Origin: an uncultured Bacteroidaceae bacterium
GTDB lineage: Bacteria > Bacteroidota > Bacteroidia > Bacteroidales > GCA-2748055
Direction of reading: 5' to 3'
DNA length: 64,000 nt
Assembly (NCBI GenBank): GCA_964538375.1
Contig: CAZIFQ010000001.1
Span: 35,463-99,462, forward strand
The notes below the pieces were generated by a model. That model searched no databases and was not told the origin of the DNA. It was given only the letters and a program-made list of their open reading frames with translations. Each line of letters starts with the position of its first letter. Positions within the stretch are counted from its first letter, which is position 1. The position numbers and the translations under genes are program-made. Below, one piece after another: positions 19,599 through 31,474 of this stretch.

Positions 19599-21167
19599 AT
19601 GAAAAAAGCGATCAAGATAAATCTTAGCGGTATCATTTTTCACATTGACGAGGATGCCTATGACAAGCTAAAAAAATACCTCGATGCTATTAGCAGTCAT
19701 TTTTCAAACCAGCAAGAAAGCAAAGAGATTATCAATGACATCGAGACTAGAATTTCTGAGCTTTTCGAAGAAAAGAAACTGAAGGAAGAAGATGTAATTA
19801 GCATCGATATGGTAAATGAGGTGATTGAAATAATGGGTAATCCAGAGGATATTGCTGATACCGGTGATGAACCCTCAACAGGTAATAAACAATTTCACTC
19901 CTACCACTCTTCAAAAAACAAGCGTTTATATCGCGACCCTGATAATTCTGTTATCAGCGGTGTATGTGGTGGTTTAGGAGCATACTTTAACATCGACCCC
20001 ATTATTTTCAGATTACTCTTTGTCATCTTGTTATTCGCAGGTGGAGCATCCTTGTTATTGTATGTTATTTTGTGGATTGTAATTCCTAAAGCTGAAACAG
20101 CAGGTCAAAAACTCGAGATGTCTGGAGAACCAGTCAATGTATCTAACATTGAAAAGAAGGTTAGAAAAGAGTATGAATCAGCGAAAGAGAATGTAAAGGC
20201 AGCAGCCAATTCAGAAACAGTAAAAAAAACCAAAAATGCTGCCAACGATTTTTTTTCAGCGCTGGGTAAAATATTGTTAGTATTCATAAAAGTCATACTG
20301 ATCATCATTGGTACTTCACTTGTTTTATCCGGCATCGTATTAATAATAGCCATCGTTTCCGGCACCTTTGTAGGACTACATTTTCTTCCCTTTGGAGCCT
20401 ATGATTTCACCATCGCACAGTTCCTGGCTCCCTTCACCGATCCTCTGTCAGTTACGCTATTAGTAATAGGATTAATGCTATTATTTCTAATCCCGATAGT
20501 AGCTATGGTTTATGGACTGATAAAGTTGATCTTCTCCATTAAAACAAAGAACCGAGGATTGACTATTGGAGCTACAACTCTTTGGGTGGTTGCCCTCTTC
20601 ATGACAGTGGGTATCATTGCCATCGAAAGCAATAACTACTCAAAAAGTGGCAGCAGTATTACAAAAAGTACTTTAGCAATCGATTCAGACACCCTGGTAG
20701 TATCGGTCAATAACCTGATGAAGAAGGACCTGGATCAATTTATAAATATCGAATTGGGCCCAGATTATGAATGGTTCTTCTCTGAAGACCTGGATAAAAT
20801 CTATGGGAAAGTTAATCTTGATATAAAAAAATCAGGCAATGGTATCTGTTATATCGAAATAGATAAACGCTCACAAGGTAAAACATGGGAAATAGCCGAG
20901 GTAAATGCGGAAAATCTGAGTTACAACTTTAAATCAATAGATAATACCCTGATAATTGACCCATATTTCTATGTCGGCAATGACGAAAATTGGAGAATAC
21001 CCAGTATAGAATTAGATATCTGTTTACCTGTAGGACAATATATCACTCTGGAGAAAGAAACCCGTGATCTATTAACTCATGTTTACAATGTAAATCATAT
21101 ATCGGAATGGAGCATGGCCAACAAAACATGGCTGATGACAGATGACGGATTAGAATTAGCAAAATAA
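19599..21167 (+). CDS. PspC domain-containing membrane protein
   Basis: 522 aa. RLYRDPDNSVISGVCGGLGAYFNIDPIIFRLLFVIL is the PspC domain, followed by several TM helices. PadR-PspC pairing is common. Confidence 0.8.
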   Translation: MKKAIKINLSGIIFHIDEDAYDKLKKYLDAISSHFSNQQESKEIINDIETRISELFEEKKLKEEDVISIDMVNEVIEIMGNPEDIADTGDEPSTGNKQFHSYHSSKNKRLYRDPDNSVISGVCGGLGAYFNIDPIIFRLLFVILLFAGGASLLLYVILWIVIPKAETAGQKLEMSGEPVNVSNIEKKVRKEYESAKENVKAAANSETVKKTKNAANDFFSALGKILLVFIKVILIIIGTSLVLSGIVLIIAIVSGTFVGLHFLPFGAYDFTIAQFLAPFTDPLSVTLLVIGLMLLFLIPIVAMVYGLIKLIFSIKTKNRGLTIGATTLWVVALFMTVGIIAIESNNYSKSGSSITKSTLAIDSDTLVVSVNNLMKKDLDQFINIELGPDYEWFFSEDLDKIYGKVNLDIKKSGNGICYIEIDKRSQGKTWEIAEVNAENLSYNFKSIDNTLIIDPYFYVGNDENWRIPSIELDICLPVGQYITLEKETRDLLTHVYNVNHISEWSMANKTWLMTDDGLELAK

Positions 21168-21190
21168 AGCTGAAATTTCTACATGAAAAT

Positions 21191-21221
21191 AAAACGGGAA
21201 GCAAATTTGCTTCCCGTTTTT
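21191..21221. terminator. bidirectional rho-independent terminator between convergent genes
   Basis: Stem ACGGGAAGC/GCTTCCCGT with an A-run upstream and a T-run downstream. Confidence 0.7.
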
Positions 21222-21296
21222 GTTCTTATCATTTAATAAACTTAATCGTTTTAGTGAGGCCTGACGTGAGTGCTGCCTAACTCCCTATAACCTCTG

Positions 21297-22580
21297 TCAC
21301 TCTTCCAGCTTCCCCTCGAAAAACAACTTCTCCCTAAGTTCAGTGATACTGTTTTCAGCAGCACTGCGCATCGTAATAGTTATCTGTCCTTTTAGATCAG
21401 GATTATCAGACAAAGAAACAGGGGGAGGAAGCATCTCCAGAAATTTGGTGTAAAACTCCAGTGCTAATTCCGGCTCGTCAAATCTATACTGATACAGAGA
21501 AGCGATATAGTAAATATACCCGGGCTTTGGATCATATGCATAGGCCTTCTTATAGCAAGCCAGGACCTTTTCATAGTCCTCAAGAGTTGCATAAATAGAT
21601 CGTTTCTCAAGTAATATGGTTGCCAAGACTACTGTATCAGGAAGTAAAAGGGAATCCAATCTTTCTAAATAATACAAACCTTTCTCTGGTGTGCGCGAGT
21701 TCAAAAACCCCCTACCAAGCATAAAACATATTTCAAAGTCATCAGGACTCTTTTGATATGCGCCTAGTAAATGCTTCCTGGCATCAACATAATTATACTG
21801 CTCTATTTCCCCTAAGCCCAGATGCTTAAGAACAAAAACCCCCGAGTCTCCCATCTCATATAAGCTGCCAAAACAGCTGTTTGATGTGATATAATTTTTA
21901 TTATTGAAGCTCGCTGATCCTTTTATTCTTATGAATTTTTTATTCAGAGAATCTTGACCGAGAACCTCATCACATATCTCGATAGAGCGCTCATACTCCT
22001 TCTCTTTCACAAGAATACTGGCCAGTTTATTCGCCGTAGATTGATCGTTTGGATTGATGGAATAGACTTTCTCATAATACTGCAAGGCAATTTTATTGCT
22101 GTCTAATTGATAATAGTTATCCCCAAGATGAATTAATAGTGACAGGTTTAGAGAATCAGAAATCAACCTGGATTCCAGTTTTTCAATTGCCTCACTAAAA
22201 TCATTCTGAAACTCCAGAAGCTCAATCAAGCGAATAAAATTTTCATGGGAATCGGAAAATTTCTCCAATAAGGGTTTCGCTTTCACAAAATTTCCACTCT
22301 CATAATAAAAATTTGTCAGCAACAATTCCATGGAAGGATCTGCGCTGTAGATTGAAAGACCCTCTTCCAAAACATCAATGGCCCCGAGTAAATTCCCCTC
22401 CCTGTTAGTGATAAAACCAAGCCAGTAATAATCTTCAGTATTGGCTTTATTGCTGGCTGCTTCAATAAGAGTTTCATTGTCTCCTTTTAAATAAAGAACT
22501 TCATAATTAGACTGTCCTCTCACAAGCAAAGAACTCATGCACCACAACAATAGGGAGACCAGGTAGAAATTAGTTTTCAT
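21297..22580 (-). CDS. tetratricopeptide (TPR) repeat protein, secreted
   Basis: 427 aa with a signal peptide (MKTNFYLVSLLLWCMSSLLVRGQ) and repeated TPR-like A/Y/L patterns. Confidence 0.75.
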   Translation of the reverse strand: MKTNFYLVSLLLWCMSSLLVRGQSNYEVLYLKGDNETLIEAASNKANTEDYYWLGFITNREGNLLGAIDVLEEGLSIYSADPSMELLLTNFYYESGNFVKAKPLLEKFSDSHENFIRLIELLEFQNDFSEAIEKLESRLISDSLNLSLLIHLGDNYYQLDSNKIALQYYEKVYSINPNDQSTANKLASILVKEKEYERSIEICDEVLGQDSLNKKFIRIKGSASFNNKNYITSNSCFGSLYEMGDSGVFVLKHLGLGEIEQYNYVDARKHLLGAYQKSPDDFEICFMLGRGFLNSRTPEKGLYYLERLDSLLLPDTVVLATILLEKRSIYATLEDYEKVLACYKKAYAYDPKPGYIYYIASLYQYRFDEPELALEFYTKFLEMLPPPVSLSDNPDLKGQITITMRSAAENSITELREKLFFEGKLEE

Positions 22581-22799
22581 AGAAAGTTAATTTATACTAA
22601 AACGCGCTGCACAAGAATATATTATCACTTAACAGAGCTGCATTATTAAAACCAGCTGGTACAAGGAAAAATCGGAGATATCCCTGGATTTCATTTGAAA
22701 TTTTCCCTCAAAAATTTACAAACCTTCATCTTCTGCAGTTTTCAAAATAATATTATGTCCTGAGCGGATGAATCTCGGTTATTGAAAAGTGACAGACCT

Positions 22800-23432
22800 T
22801 TAGTACACCCCATAAATCATTTCCAGGGTCAAGCCAAAAGTAGTAAATGGATCATCAGATCGTATATCTATATTTAAGGTGGGGAATATATTAAGAAACA
22901 ACACATCCGAAAATTCCCGTTGATATCCTGCGCCCAATAGAAATCCAACTTTTACATTATGGTCGATATCATCAGCTGACAACACATGTGTGCCATATGT
23001 ATCATTCTGATACTTCGACTGAATTGTATACATAATATTCATTCCACCCATAACAAGAATAGCGTTCTTTTTCTTTTTCCATGGTATAAAATAGACCGCA
23101 ATGGGAACAACAATATTTTTTTGATTATAAAGTTGGCCTATTTCTACAAGTCCCTGGTCACCCGTAACGTCAAAATACCTGGGTAAGTCAACAATATTTG
23201 ACGAGCGGGATATAAAATCTGCTCCCGATTTAATGAACCATTCATCGTTTTCCCAAAACACATAGGAGATTCCGGCACCATATCCTATAGCAAATGAGGC
23301 ATCAGAAGTTCTTGTTTTCGACAAAGTGGAATATGCACTAGCTCCAATAAATGAAGTAATTTGTGAGGTTCCGGATAAGAAAACAGAAAGAAAACATGTG
23401 AGAAGAACAAATTTCCTGGTCTGCATATTCAA
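22800..23432 (-). CDS. outer membrane beta-barrel protein
   Basis: 210 aa with a signal peptide, alternating-strand composition and a C-terminal aromatic residue (..EMIYGVY). Confidence 0.6.
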   Translation of the reverse strand: MNMQTRKFVLLTCFLSVFLSGTSQITSFIGASAYSTLSKTRTSDASFAIGYGAGISYVFWENDEWFIKSGADFISRSSNIVDLPRYFDVTGDQGLVEIGQLYNQKNIVVPIAVYFIPWKKKKNAILVMGGMNIMYTIQSKYQNDTYGTHVLSADDIDHNVKVGFLLGAGYQREFSDVLFLNIFPTLNIDIRSDDPFTTFGLTLEMIYGVY

Positions 23433-23543
23433 TGGTTTTTATAGCAACATTTAAAATTAGGTTTATTATTTGTAATTTAAAATTTAGATAGTTTTCTTTT
23501 CTGTTTTTTAATAAAGGAAAAAGTTTTAAATTTGCGACCTGAT

Positions 23544-23616
23544 TGACCCGTGGTGTAACTGGCAACACATCTGATTTTGGTTCAGAAGAGTCCAAGTTCG
23601 AGCCTTGGCGGGTCAA
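23544..23616 (+). tRNA. tRNA-Gln (anticodon TTG)
   Basis: Hand-folded 73-nt cloverleaf. Acceptor TGACCCG/CGGGTCA, D stem GTGT/ACAC, anticodon stem TCTGA/TCAGA with loop TTTTGGT, T arm CCAAG-TTCGAGC-CTTGG. Confidence 0.9.
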
Positions 23617-23619
23617 CTG

Positions 23620-23646
23620 AAGCCAGCTTAAACGCTGGCTTTTTTT
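23620..23646 (+). terminator. rho-independent terminator after tRNA-Gln
   Basis: Stem AGCCAGC/GCTGGCT followed by T6. Confidence 0.7.
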
Positions 23647-23684
23647 ATTAATTATGTCATTCTTTATGAATTTTATTTGGCTAA

Positions 23685-25295
<1,611 letters not shown>

Positions 25296-25314
25296 TTCCT
25301 GGAATAACTCTGCA

Positions 25315-26082
25315 TTAAATAATCATCTCACTGCCATTCAGCTTTTTTCTTCTTTCCATGGCATCCGGCATCAGGTGTAATACCGCATCCCAGAATATTT
25401 TACTGTGATTTTTATGGATGGTGTGTACCAATTCGTGCAGGATAACATATTCAATCAGATCATATGACAGGAAAATTAATGCGCTGTTTAAGCTGATGTT
25501 ATTATCCGGTGAGCAACTTCCCCATCGGCTCTTCATTCTTCTCACGCTTACCCTTTTGAAGCTGAGTCCGTATTCAGCAGAAACACTTTCAAGATATACC
25601 GGCAAAAGCTCTTTTGCTTCCTTTAATCCAATTGCGCCCAGCCCCTGCCAGAGTATGATTTGACCCTCTTCGCTCTGATCCTGGATCCCTTTTGGGAGAA
25701 AAACCTGGTAGTCCCTTCCACTTTGCATAACGTCCATCTCCCCGCCTGTCCCTCTTTCAATATAAACTTTGCCTGCCGGGGTAGATAAAAATGTTCCTAA
25801 TCTCAAGACAAGTTTTTCATCATCTTTACGTTCTAGAAATAGTATTTTTTTCTTTATCCATGCTTGCTTTTTTAATACAAAAACCTCAGCAGTTTGAAAA
25901 TTACAAAAACGGGGAACCGTAACTCTTACTTCTCCTCCCCGGGATATCCGAATGGAAATATTCTTCGCCCTGCTGTTCTTTTTGTAAAAAACGAGCCCAA
26001 TATCGTCGTATTTAACTATTTTTTCGTTTTTCACCTGTTTGTATTCCCTGCCTATTACGTATATTTGACCTTCCAATTCCAA
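25315..26082 (-). CDS. YgjP-like (DUF45/M48-type) metal-dependent hydrolase
   Basis: 255 aa with the motif ILHELVHTIHKNHSKIFW (HExxH). Confidence 0.75.
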   Translation of the reverse strand: MELEGQIYVIGREYKQVKNEKIVKYDDIGLVFYKKNSRAKNISIRISRGGEVRVTVPRFCNFQTAEVFVLKKQAWIKKKILFLERKDDEKLVLRLGTFLSTPAGKVYIERGTGGEMDVMQSGRDYQVFLPKGIQDQSEEGQIILWQGLGAIGLKEAKELLPVYLESVSAEYGLSFKRVSVRRMKSRWGSCSPDNNISLNSALIFLSYDLIEYVILHELVHTIHKNHSKIFWDAVLHLMPDAMERRKKLNGSEMII

Positions 26083-26095
26083 AAGTAATAATAAG

Positions 26096-27442
26096 ATGCG
26101 AAAATATATTCTATCAATATCGGCTTTGTTTATAATTCTCCTCTCGTCAATTGCACAGGACTCCCCCTGGACACTGGAGGAATGTATTAATTATGCAATG
26201 GAGAATAATATCTTAATCAAGCAAACTGAGCTGAACACGCAGTACAACGAAAATACACTGTCACAATCGAAGCTAAACAGACTGCCAAATTTGAATGTCT
26301 CTTCAAGTTATAATATTTCATTCGGTCGCTCGCTTGACTATTCAAGCTATGAATACGTGGATGAACGTACAAACAACGCTTATGCCGGTATAGCATCCGA
26401 TGCCAACCTGTTTAACGGCTTCCAGCAAAAAAATACCATTGAGAAAAATAAATTTAACCTCTTGGCTAGTATTGAGAATACTTCCAAGATCAAGAATGAC
26501 ATTTCATTGAATATTGCCGCTGCATTTCTTCAAATACTTTTTAGCCAGGAATTGCTGAATGTAGCAAAAAATCAGTTGGAGATTACTACGCAACAGGTCG
26601 AACGAACCCAGAAATTGGTGGATGCAGGGAAACTTGCCAAAGGAAGTGCCCTGGAGATTCAGGCCCAATATGCATCTGAAGAGCTAAATGTAATAAACGC
26701 TGAAAATCAATTGGTCATGGCGTATCTGAACCTGCAATTAATGCTGGACATGCAATATGATCCCGAATTTCAAATCGTTAATCCCGACCTGGCGACACCG
26801 GAAACAAGTGAGATGCTCGATGATGTGAAAGACGTATATGCCAATGCAGAACAAAACATGCCGCAGGTCAAAAGCTCAGAATACTCTCTAATGGCTGCTG
26901 AGGAGGACCTTGAAATTGCTAAAGGAGCGCTCTACCCAAGCTTGGGAATTAGCGCTAATTCTGGCAGTAGATGGAGTGACCATGCAGTTGACCTTAGACC
27001 AGGGGCAGATGATGTTTACACTTTTGGAGAGCAGGCAAATGATTATTTCAGTGTAGGAATAGGTCTGAATCTGAACATTCCAATTTTCAACAGGATGCAG
27101 GTAAAAACAGGTATTGCCAATGCCAGGATCAACATTGAAAATTCAGAATTAGAGCTGCAAAGCACAAAAAATGAGCTGTATAGATCAATTCTGCAGTCCT
27201 TTGTCGATGCCAGTGGAGCGCTTAAAAAATACAATTCAACTGAGAAAGCACTGATTTCAATGGAAGAGTCTTTTAAGTATACTGAGAAAAAATTTGAAGT
27301 GGGACTGGTAAATACCGTGGATTATAATACCTCGAAGAACCAGCTGACCGTGACACAGTCGGAATTACTTCAGGCCAAATATGATTTTATCTTTAAAACT
27401 AAAATATTGAATTTTTATAAAGGAGAACCAATAACTTTATAA
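26096..27442 (+). CDS. TolC family outer membrane efflux protein
   Basis: 448 aa with a signal peptide and the typical start TLEECINYAMENNILIKQ, plus two OEP repeats. Confidence 0.85.
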   Translation: MRKYILSISALFIILLSSIAQDSPWTLEECINYAMENNILIKQTELNTQYNENTLSQSKLNRLPNLNVSSSYNISFGRSLDYSSYEYVDERTNNAYAGIASDANLFNGFQQKNTIEKNKFNLLASIENTSKIKNDISLNIAAAFLQILFSQELLNVAKNQLEITTQQVERTQKLVDAGKLAKGSALEIQAQYASEELNVINAENQLVMAYLNLQLMLDMQYDPEFQIVNPDLATPETSEMLDDVKDVYANAEQNMPQVKSSEYSLMAAEEDLEIAKGALYPSLGISANSGSRWSDHAVDLRPGADDVYTFGEQANDYFSVGIGLNLNIPIFNRMQVKTGIANARINIENSELELQSTKNELYRSILQSFVDASGALKKYNSTEKALISMEESFKYTEKKFEVGLVNTVDYNTSKNQLTVTQSELLQAKYDFIFKTKILNFYKGEPITL

Positions 27443-27463
27443 GCATAAATACATACCCTCATT

Positions 27464-28828
27464 ATGAAGTCAAAGAAATTATTAGGAATAATAGCCCTCG
27501 TAGCACTGGTATTGATTATTGTTCTTGCCATAGGCAAAAAACAGGGCTGGTTTGGAAGTGATGGCTATATAAAAGTCACCGTTGAACAGGGACAAACCCG
27601 GGACCTAGTTGAATTAATAACTGCTAATGGAAAGATTCAGCCGGAAACAGAGGTGAAGATTTCTCCTGATGTTTCAGGTGAGATTGTGGAGCTGGTTGTG
27701 AAAGAAGGCGACATCGTAAAAAAAGGCCAGTTTTTACTAAAAATAAAGCCCGAAAATTACATCATGATGCGCAACAGGACGGAAGCAGCGCTCAACAGTT
27801 CAAAGGCAAGGGAAAAGCAAGCTGAAGCACAATTATTACAGGCGAAGCTGACTTTTAAAAGAAACAAGAAGCTCTACGAAGATCAGGCAATATCTGAGTC
27901 TGAATACGAGCAGGCAGAAACACAGTATAATACAGCTCTTGCTGAAAAAGAAGCTGCTGTTTTCTCTGTACAAAGTGCTGAGGCCAGTCTTCAGGAAGCA
28001 GAAGAAAATCTGCAAAAAACATCTATCTATGCTCCAATGAGCGGTACCATCTCAGCACTTAATGTGGAGCTTGGTGAACGTGTAGTAGGTACGGAGATGA
28101 TGTCAGGTACAGAAATCCTCCGACTTGCTGACCTTAGCATGATGGAGGTAGAGGTGGAGGTAAATGAAAATGATATCGTCAGTGTTGCCTTTATGGATAC
28201 TGCCTTCATTGAAGTTGATGCCTACCTTGACAAAAAGTTTCTGGGCGTTGTAACAGAAATTCCAGTATCTGCCAATACCACAGGGACCACCACTGACCAG
28301 GTTACAAATTTCAATGTAAAAATTCGTCTCCTGCCAGAATCATACCAGGATGAGATATCAGAGACAAATCCTAATCCTTTGCGCCCGGGAATGTCGGCAA
28401 CCGCAGATATTCAGACAGAAAAATTAACAGACGTATTTTCAATACCAATTCAGGCAGTAACAACCCGATTTTACGATCCTGATTCGAAAGCATTTGAAGA
28501 CAGCAAGAAAGAGAAAGAAGGTGAAATTGAAAGTGTTACTATTGGTAACGAAGGAACAAGTGTTGACAGAGCTGCAAAGCCCGGGGGTGATGAAGAGAAA
28601 GAAAAAGAAGTGGTTGTTTTCGTTGAAAAAGAAGGAGTTGCCTATATCAGGGTCGTAAAAACAGGAATTCAGGACAACACACATATCCAGATTCTTGAAG
28701 GAATTGGTCCTGAAGACAATATCATTACAGCTCCATACTCTGCCATCTCCAAGCAACTGGATGATGAAATGACAATTGAAGTAGTTACTGAAGAAGATCT
28801 TTTTAAGGGTGACAAGAAGAAAAAATAG
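27464..28828 (+). CDS. efflux transporter periplasmic adaptor subunit (HlyD/MacA-like)
   Basis: 454 aa with an N-terminal anchor, the lipoyl-like SPDVSGEIVELVVKEGDIVKKGQ and a coiled-coil hairpin. An acidic K/E-rich insertion lies near the C-terminus. Confidence 0.85.
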   Translation: MKSKKLLGIIALVALVLIIVLAIGKKQGWFGSDGYIKVTVEQGQTRDLVELITANGKIQPETEVKISPDVSGEIVELVVKEGDIVKKGQFLLKIKPENYIMMRNRTEAALNSSKAREKQAEAQLLQAKLTFKRNKKLYEDQAISESEYEQAETQYNTALAEKEAAVFSVQSAEASLQEAEENLQKTSIYAPMSGTISALNVELGERVVGTEMMSGTEILRLADLSMMEVEVEVNENDIVSVAFMDTAFIEVDAYLDKKFLGVVTEIPVSANTTGTTTDQVTNFNVKIRLLPESYQDEISETNPNPLRPGMSATADIQTEKLTDVFSIPIQAVTTRFYDPDSKAFEDSKKEKEGEIESVTIGNEGTSVDRAAKPGGDEEKEKEVVVFVEKEGVAYIRVVKTGIQDNTHIQILEGIGPEDNIITAPYSAISKQLDDEMTIEVVTEEDLFKGDKKKK

Positions 28829-28837
28829 AGCTGCTTG

Positions 28838-29554
28838 ATGATTAATCCACGAATTCTCCATATTGAGACGGCCACAAATATCTGTTCGGTTGCGCTTAGT
28901 GAGGGAGATAAATTAATATCGATCCGGGAGAGTGATGAAGACAAATCTCATGGCTCCCTTCTTTCTGTTTTCATGAATGAAGTGCTATCAGAAGCCGGAT
29001 TAAAACCAAAGGATCTCCATTCAATCAGCGTAAGTAAAGGTCCCGGCTCTTACACGGGATTAAGGATAGGTGTCTCGGCTGTTAAAGGATTCGCTTATGC
29101 CCTGAAACTCCCAATCATTGGTATAGACACGCTTCTCGCAATGGCCATTGGGGCTAAATCAACAACTAAGGTCAAAGCGATGAGTAAGAAGTATCCAAAT
29201 CTACTTCTGTGCCCACTTATTGACGCCCGCCGAATGGAAGTCTTTTCCGGGTTTTATACCCTCTCAAATGAGAAATTCAGAAAAATAAATGCTGATATTA
29301 TTGATGAAAGTAGTTATGCTCAGATTCTTGATTCACAGCCAGTTGTGTTTTTTGGTAACGGCTCAGCAAAAGTGAAAGAAACCATTAAACACCCCAATGC
29401 GTTTTTTTTAGAAGCTTTAGTGCCTTCTGCAAAAAATATGATTCCGCTTTCTCTTGAGTTATACCAAAAGAAGGAATTTGAAGATTCAGCTTATTTCGAA
29501 CCCTATTATTTAAAAGATTTTGTCGCTACGATACCGAAGAAAAAGATTCTCTAA
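28838..29554 (+). CDS. tsaB: tRNA t6A biosynthesis protein TsaB
   Basis: ILHIETATNICSVAL...VSKGPGSYTGLRIGVSAVKGFAYAL. The ATG at 28838 is preferred over the TTG at 28835. Confidence 0.85.
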   Translation: MINPRILHIETATNICSVALSEGDKLISIRESDEDKSHGSLLSVFMNEVLSEAGLKPKDLHSISVSKGPGSYTGLRIGVSAVKGFAYALKLPIIGIDTLLAMAIGAKSTTKVKAMSKKYPNLLLCPLIDARRMEVFSGFYTLSNEKFRKINADIIDESSYAQILDSQPVVFFGNGSAKVKETIKHPNAFFLEALVPSAKNMIPLSLELYQKKEFEDSAYFEPYYLKDFVATIPKKKIL

Positions 29555-29632
29555 GGTATGCAGCAGCTTGCCATATAACAATATATTTACTTATTTTACA
29601 ATCAATTATTAATAACGATAATTATTATTTTT

Positions 29633-30202
29633 ATGGCTACAACAGCAGATTTCAGAAACGGCCTGGTAATTGAGTTTAATCATGACCTTTTCGCTATTGT
29701 TCAGTTTCAACACGTAAAACCAGGCAAGGGACCTGCTTTCGTAAGAACAAAATTAAAAAGTCTTAAAACGGGAAAAGTAATTGATAATACCTTTACTTCA
29801 GGAGTTAAAGTAACAACTGCAAGAGTAGAAAGAAGACCTCATCAATTTCTTTACAAAGATGATCTGGGTTACAACTTCATGCATACGGAAACTTTCGAGC
29901 AACTTATCCTTCAGGATAATTTATTGGAGAACGCAGACCTGATGAAAGAGGGACAGACTGTTGAAATTGTTGTTCATGCTGATACAGAAACACCATTGTC
30001 ATGTGAATTGCCTCCATTTGTGGAACTTCTTATTACTTATTCTGAACCAGGAGTAAAAGGAGACACTTCTTCATCAACTGCATTGAAACCTGCTGATCTG
30101 GAGACCGGTGCTAAAATTATGGTGCCAATATTTATTGAGCAGGGAGAAATTATTAAAGTTGATACAAGAGATAGATCATATTCTGAGAGGGTAAAAAGCT
30201 AA
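29633..30202 (+). CDS. efp: elongation factor P
   Basis: 189 aa. MATTADFRNGLVIEFNHDLFAIVQFQHVKPGKGPAFVRTKLK. Confidence 0.95.
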   Translation: MATTADFRNGLVIEFNHDLFAIVQFQHVKPGKGPAFVRTKLKSLKTGKVIDNTFTSGVKVTTARVERRPHQFLYKDDLGYNFMHTETFEQLILQDNLLENADLMKEGQTVEIVVHADTETPLSCELPPFVELLITYSEPGVKGDTSSSTALKPADLETGAKIMVPIFIEQGEIIKVDTRDRSYSERVKS

Positions 30203-30238
30203 AAAAGCTTACCTTTAACTAAGAAGCATCACCCTGGC

Positions 30239-31474
30239 ATGACAAAATCATCCGACGACAGACTCAAAAGAACAAAATTCAAGCTAAATGCCTTGTTGGA
30301 TATTACACTGGCCATCAATGAAAATGACTCCACAGAAGAACTCATACGCCGATTTGAAAAATTGCTGGTAGATGATTTACATATTGGAAAGGTGATGATG
30401 ATTAAACTGGGTGAGAAATGGAACTGCTTGCTGAACTCAGGATTTTCACATGATTTCTTCAAGAATTTAAGCATTAAAAATGACCTGCTTACTTTTAGTG
30501 AAATCTCCTACATCACATCTGAGCCAGATCTGTTTCCTGAACCGGTAGACATAGTCATACCTGTTACCGATAAAGACAAACCTATTTCATATGTACTGAT
30601 CGGAGATATTGAAGAAGAAGGACATATGGTAAGTCCGATCATTAAGCATGTTCGATATATCCAAACGCTCTCGAATATCATCACTGTTGCTATTGAAAAC
30701 AAACGGCTGTTTAAGGAATCTCTCCAGCGGGAAGCCCTGAAGCGAGAGATGGAACTTGCCAGCAAAATGCAGAATATGCTTATCCCGACAAAGGAGCGCC
30801 TTCCTTCCAATAAGCATATTAATATGTATGCTTTCTACCACCCTCATTTCGAGGTGGGAGGCGATTATTATGATGTGCTGGAGCTGAATAAAGAGGAGAT
30901 CGGATTCTGCATTGCAGACGTGTCAGGTAAAGGGATCTCTGCCGCCTTACTTATGTCAAACTTCCAGGCCAACCTCCAGGCTCTTTTCACAGAAGATATA
31001 TCACTGGAAAAACTGGTGACAAAGTTGAATACCCGGGTTATGGACAGTGCCAATGGGGAAAAATTCATTACCCTTTTCATTGCCAAGTACAATTACACCA
31101 CCAGGGAACTGAAATTTATAAATGCAGGTCACAATCCTCCCTTAATGTACAACATCACTAAAAAGGAGTTGATACATTTAAAAAACGGAACTGTTGGAAT
31201 GGGAATGCTCGATGACCTTCCCTTTGTTAATGTACAATCTATGATCCTTGATGATCCATCAAAGCTTTTCTGTTACACCGATGGACTGGTAGAGGTACTG
31301 GATGAGAGCGGGGTGGAATTTGGGACTGATAAGCTTGAGGTGGAGTTGAATAACAGCATGAACATCGAGAACAACATTAATACTATCATTGCCAAACAAA
31401 AAATCCTGGAGGGCAGTGCCTCAATCTTCGACGATATCTCAATTATTGGTGCCGATTTTCCGGGAATCACTTAA
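30239..31474 (+). CDS. PP2C-family (SpoIIE domain) protein phosphatase with N-terminal GAF-like sensor
   Basis: 411 aa. EVGGDYYDV...FCIADVSGKGISAALLMS...FCYTDGLVE are SpoIIE/PP2C motifs. Confidence 0.8.
   Translation: MTKSSDDRLKRTKFKLNALLDITLAINENDSTEELIRRFEKLLVDDLHIGKVMMIKLGEKWNCLLNSGFSHDFFKNLSIKNDLLTFSEISYITSEPDLFPEPVDIVIPVTDKDKPISYVLIGDIEEEGHMVSPIIKHVRYIQTLSNIITVAIENKRLFKESLQREALKREMELASKMQNMLIPTKERLPSNKHINMYAFYHPHFEVGGDYYDVLELNKEEIGFCIADVSGKGISAALLMSNFQANLQALFTEDISLEKLVTKLNTRVMDSANGEKFITLFIAKYNYTTRELKFINAGHNPPLMYNITKKELIHLKNGTVGMGMLDDLPFVNVQSMILDDPSKLFCYTDGLVEVLDESGVEFGTDKLEVELNNSMNIENNINTIIAKQKILEGSASIFDDISIIGADFPGIT

Noticed and set aside
31467-31474. 8-nt overlap of the 3' ends of the convergent PP2C and O-antigen-ligase genes, and the TAATG stop/start overlap at 32987
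   Set aside because: These are ordinary compact-genome features (convergent overlap, translational coupling) and are not evidence of anything unusual.
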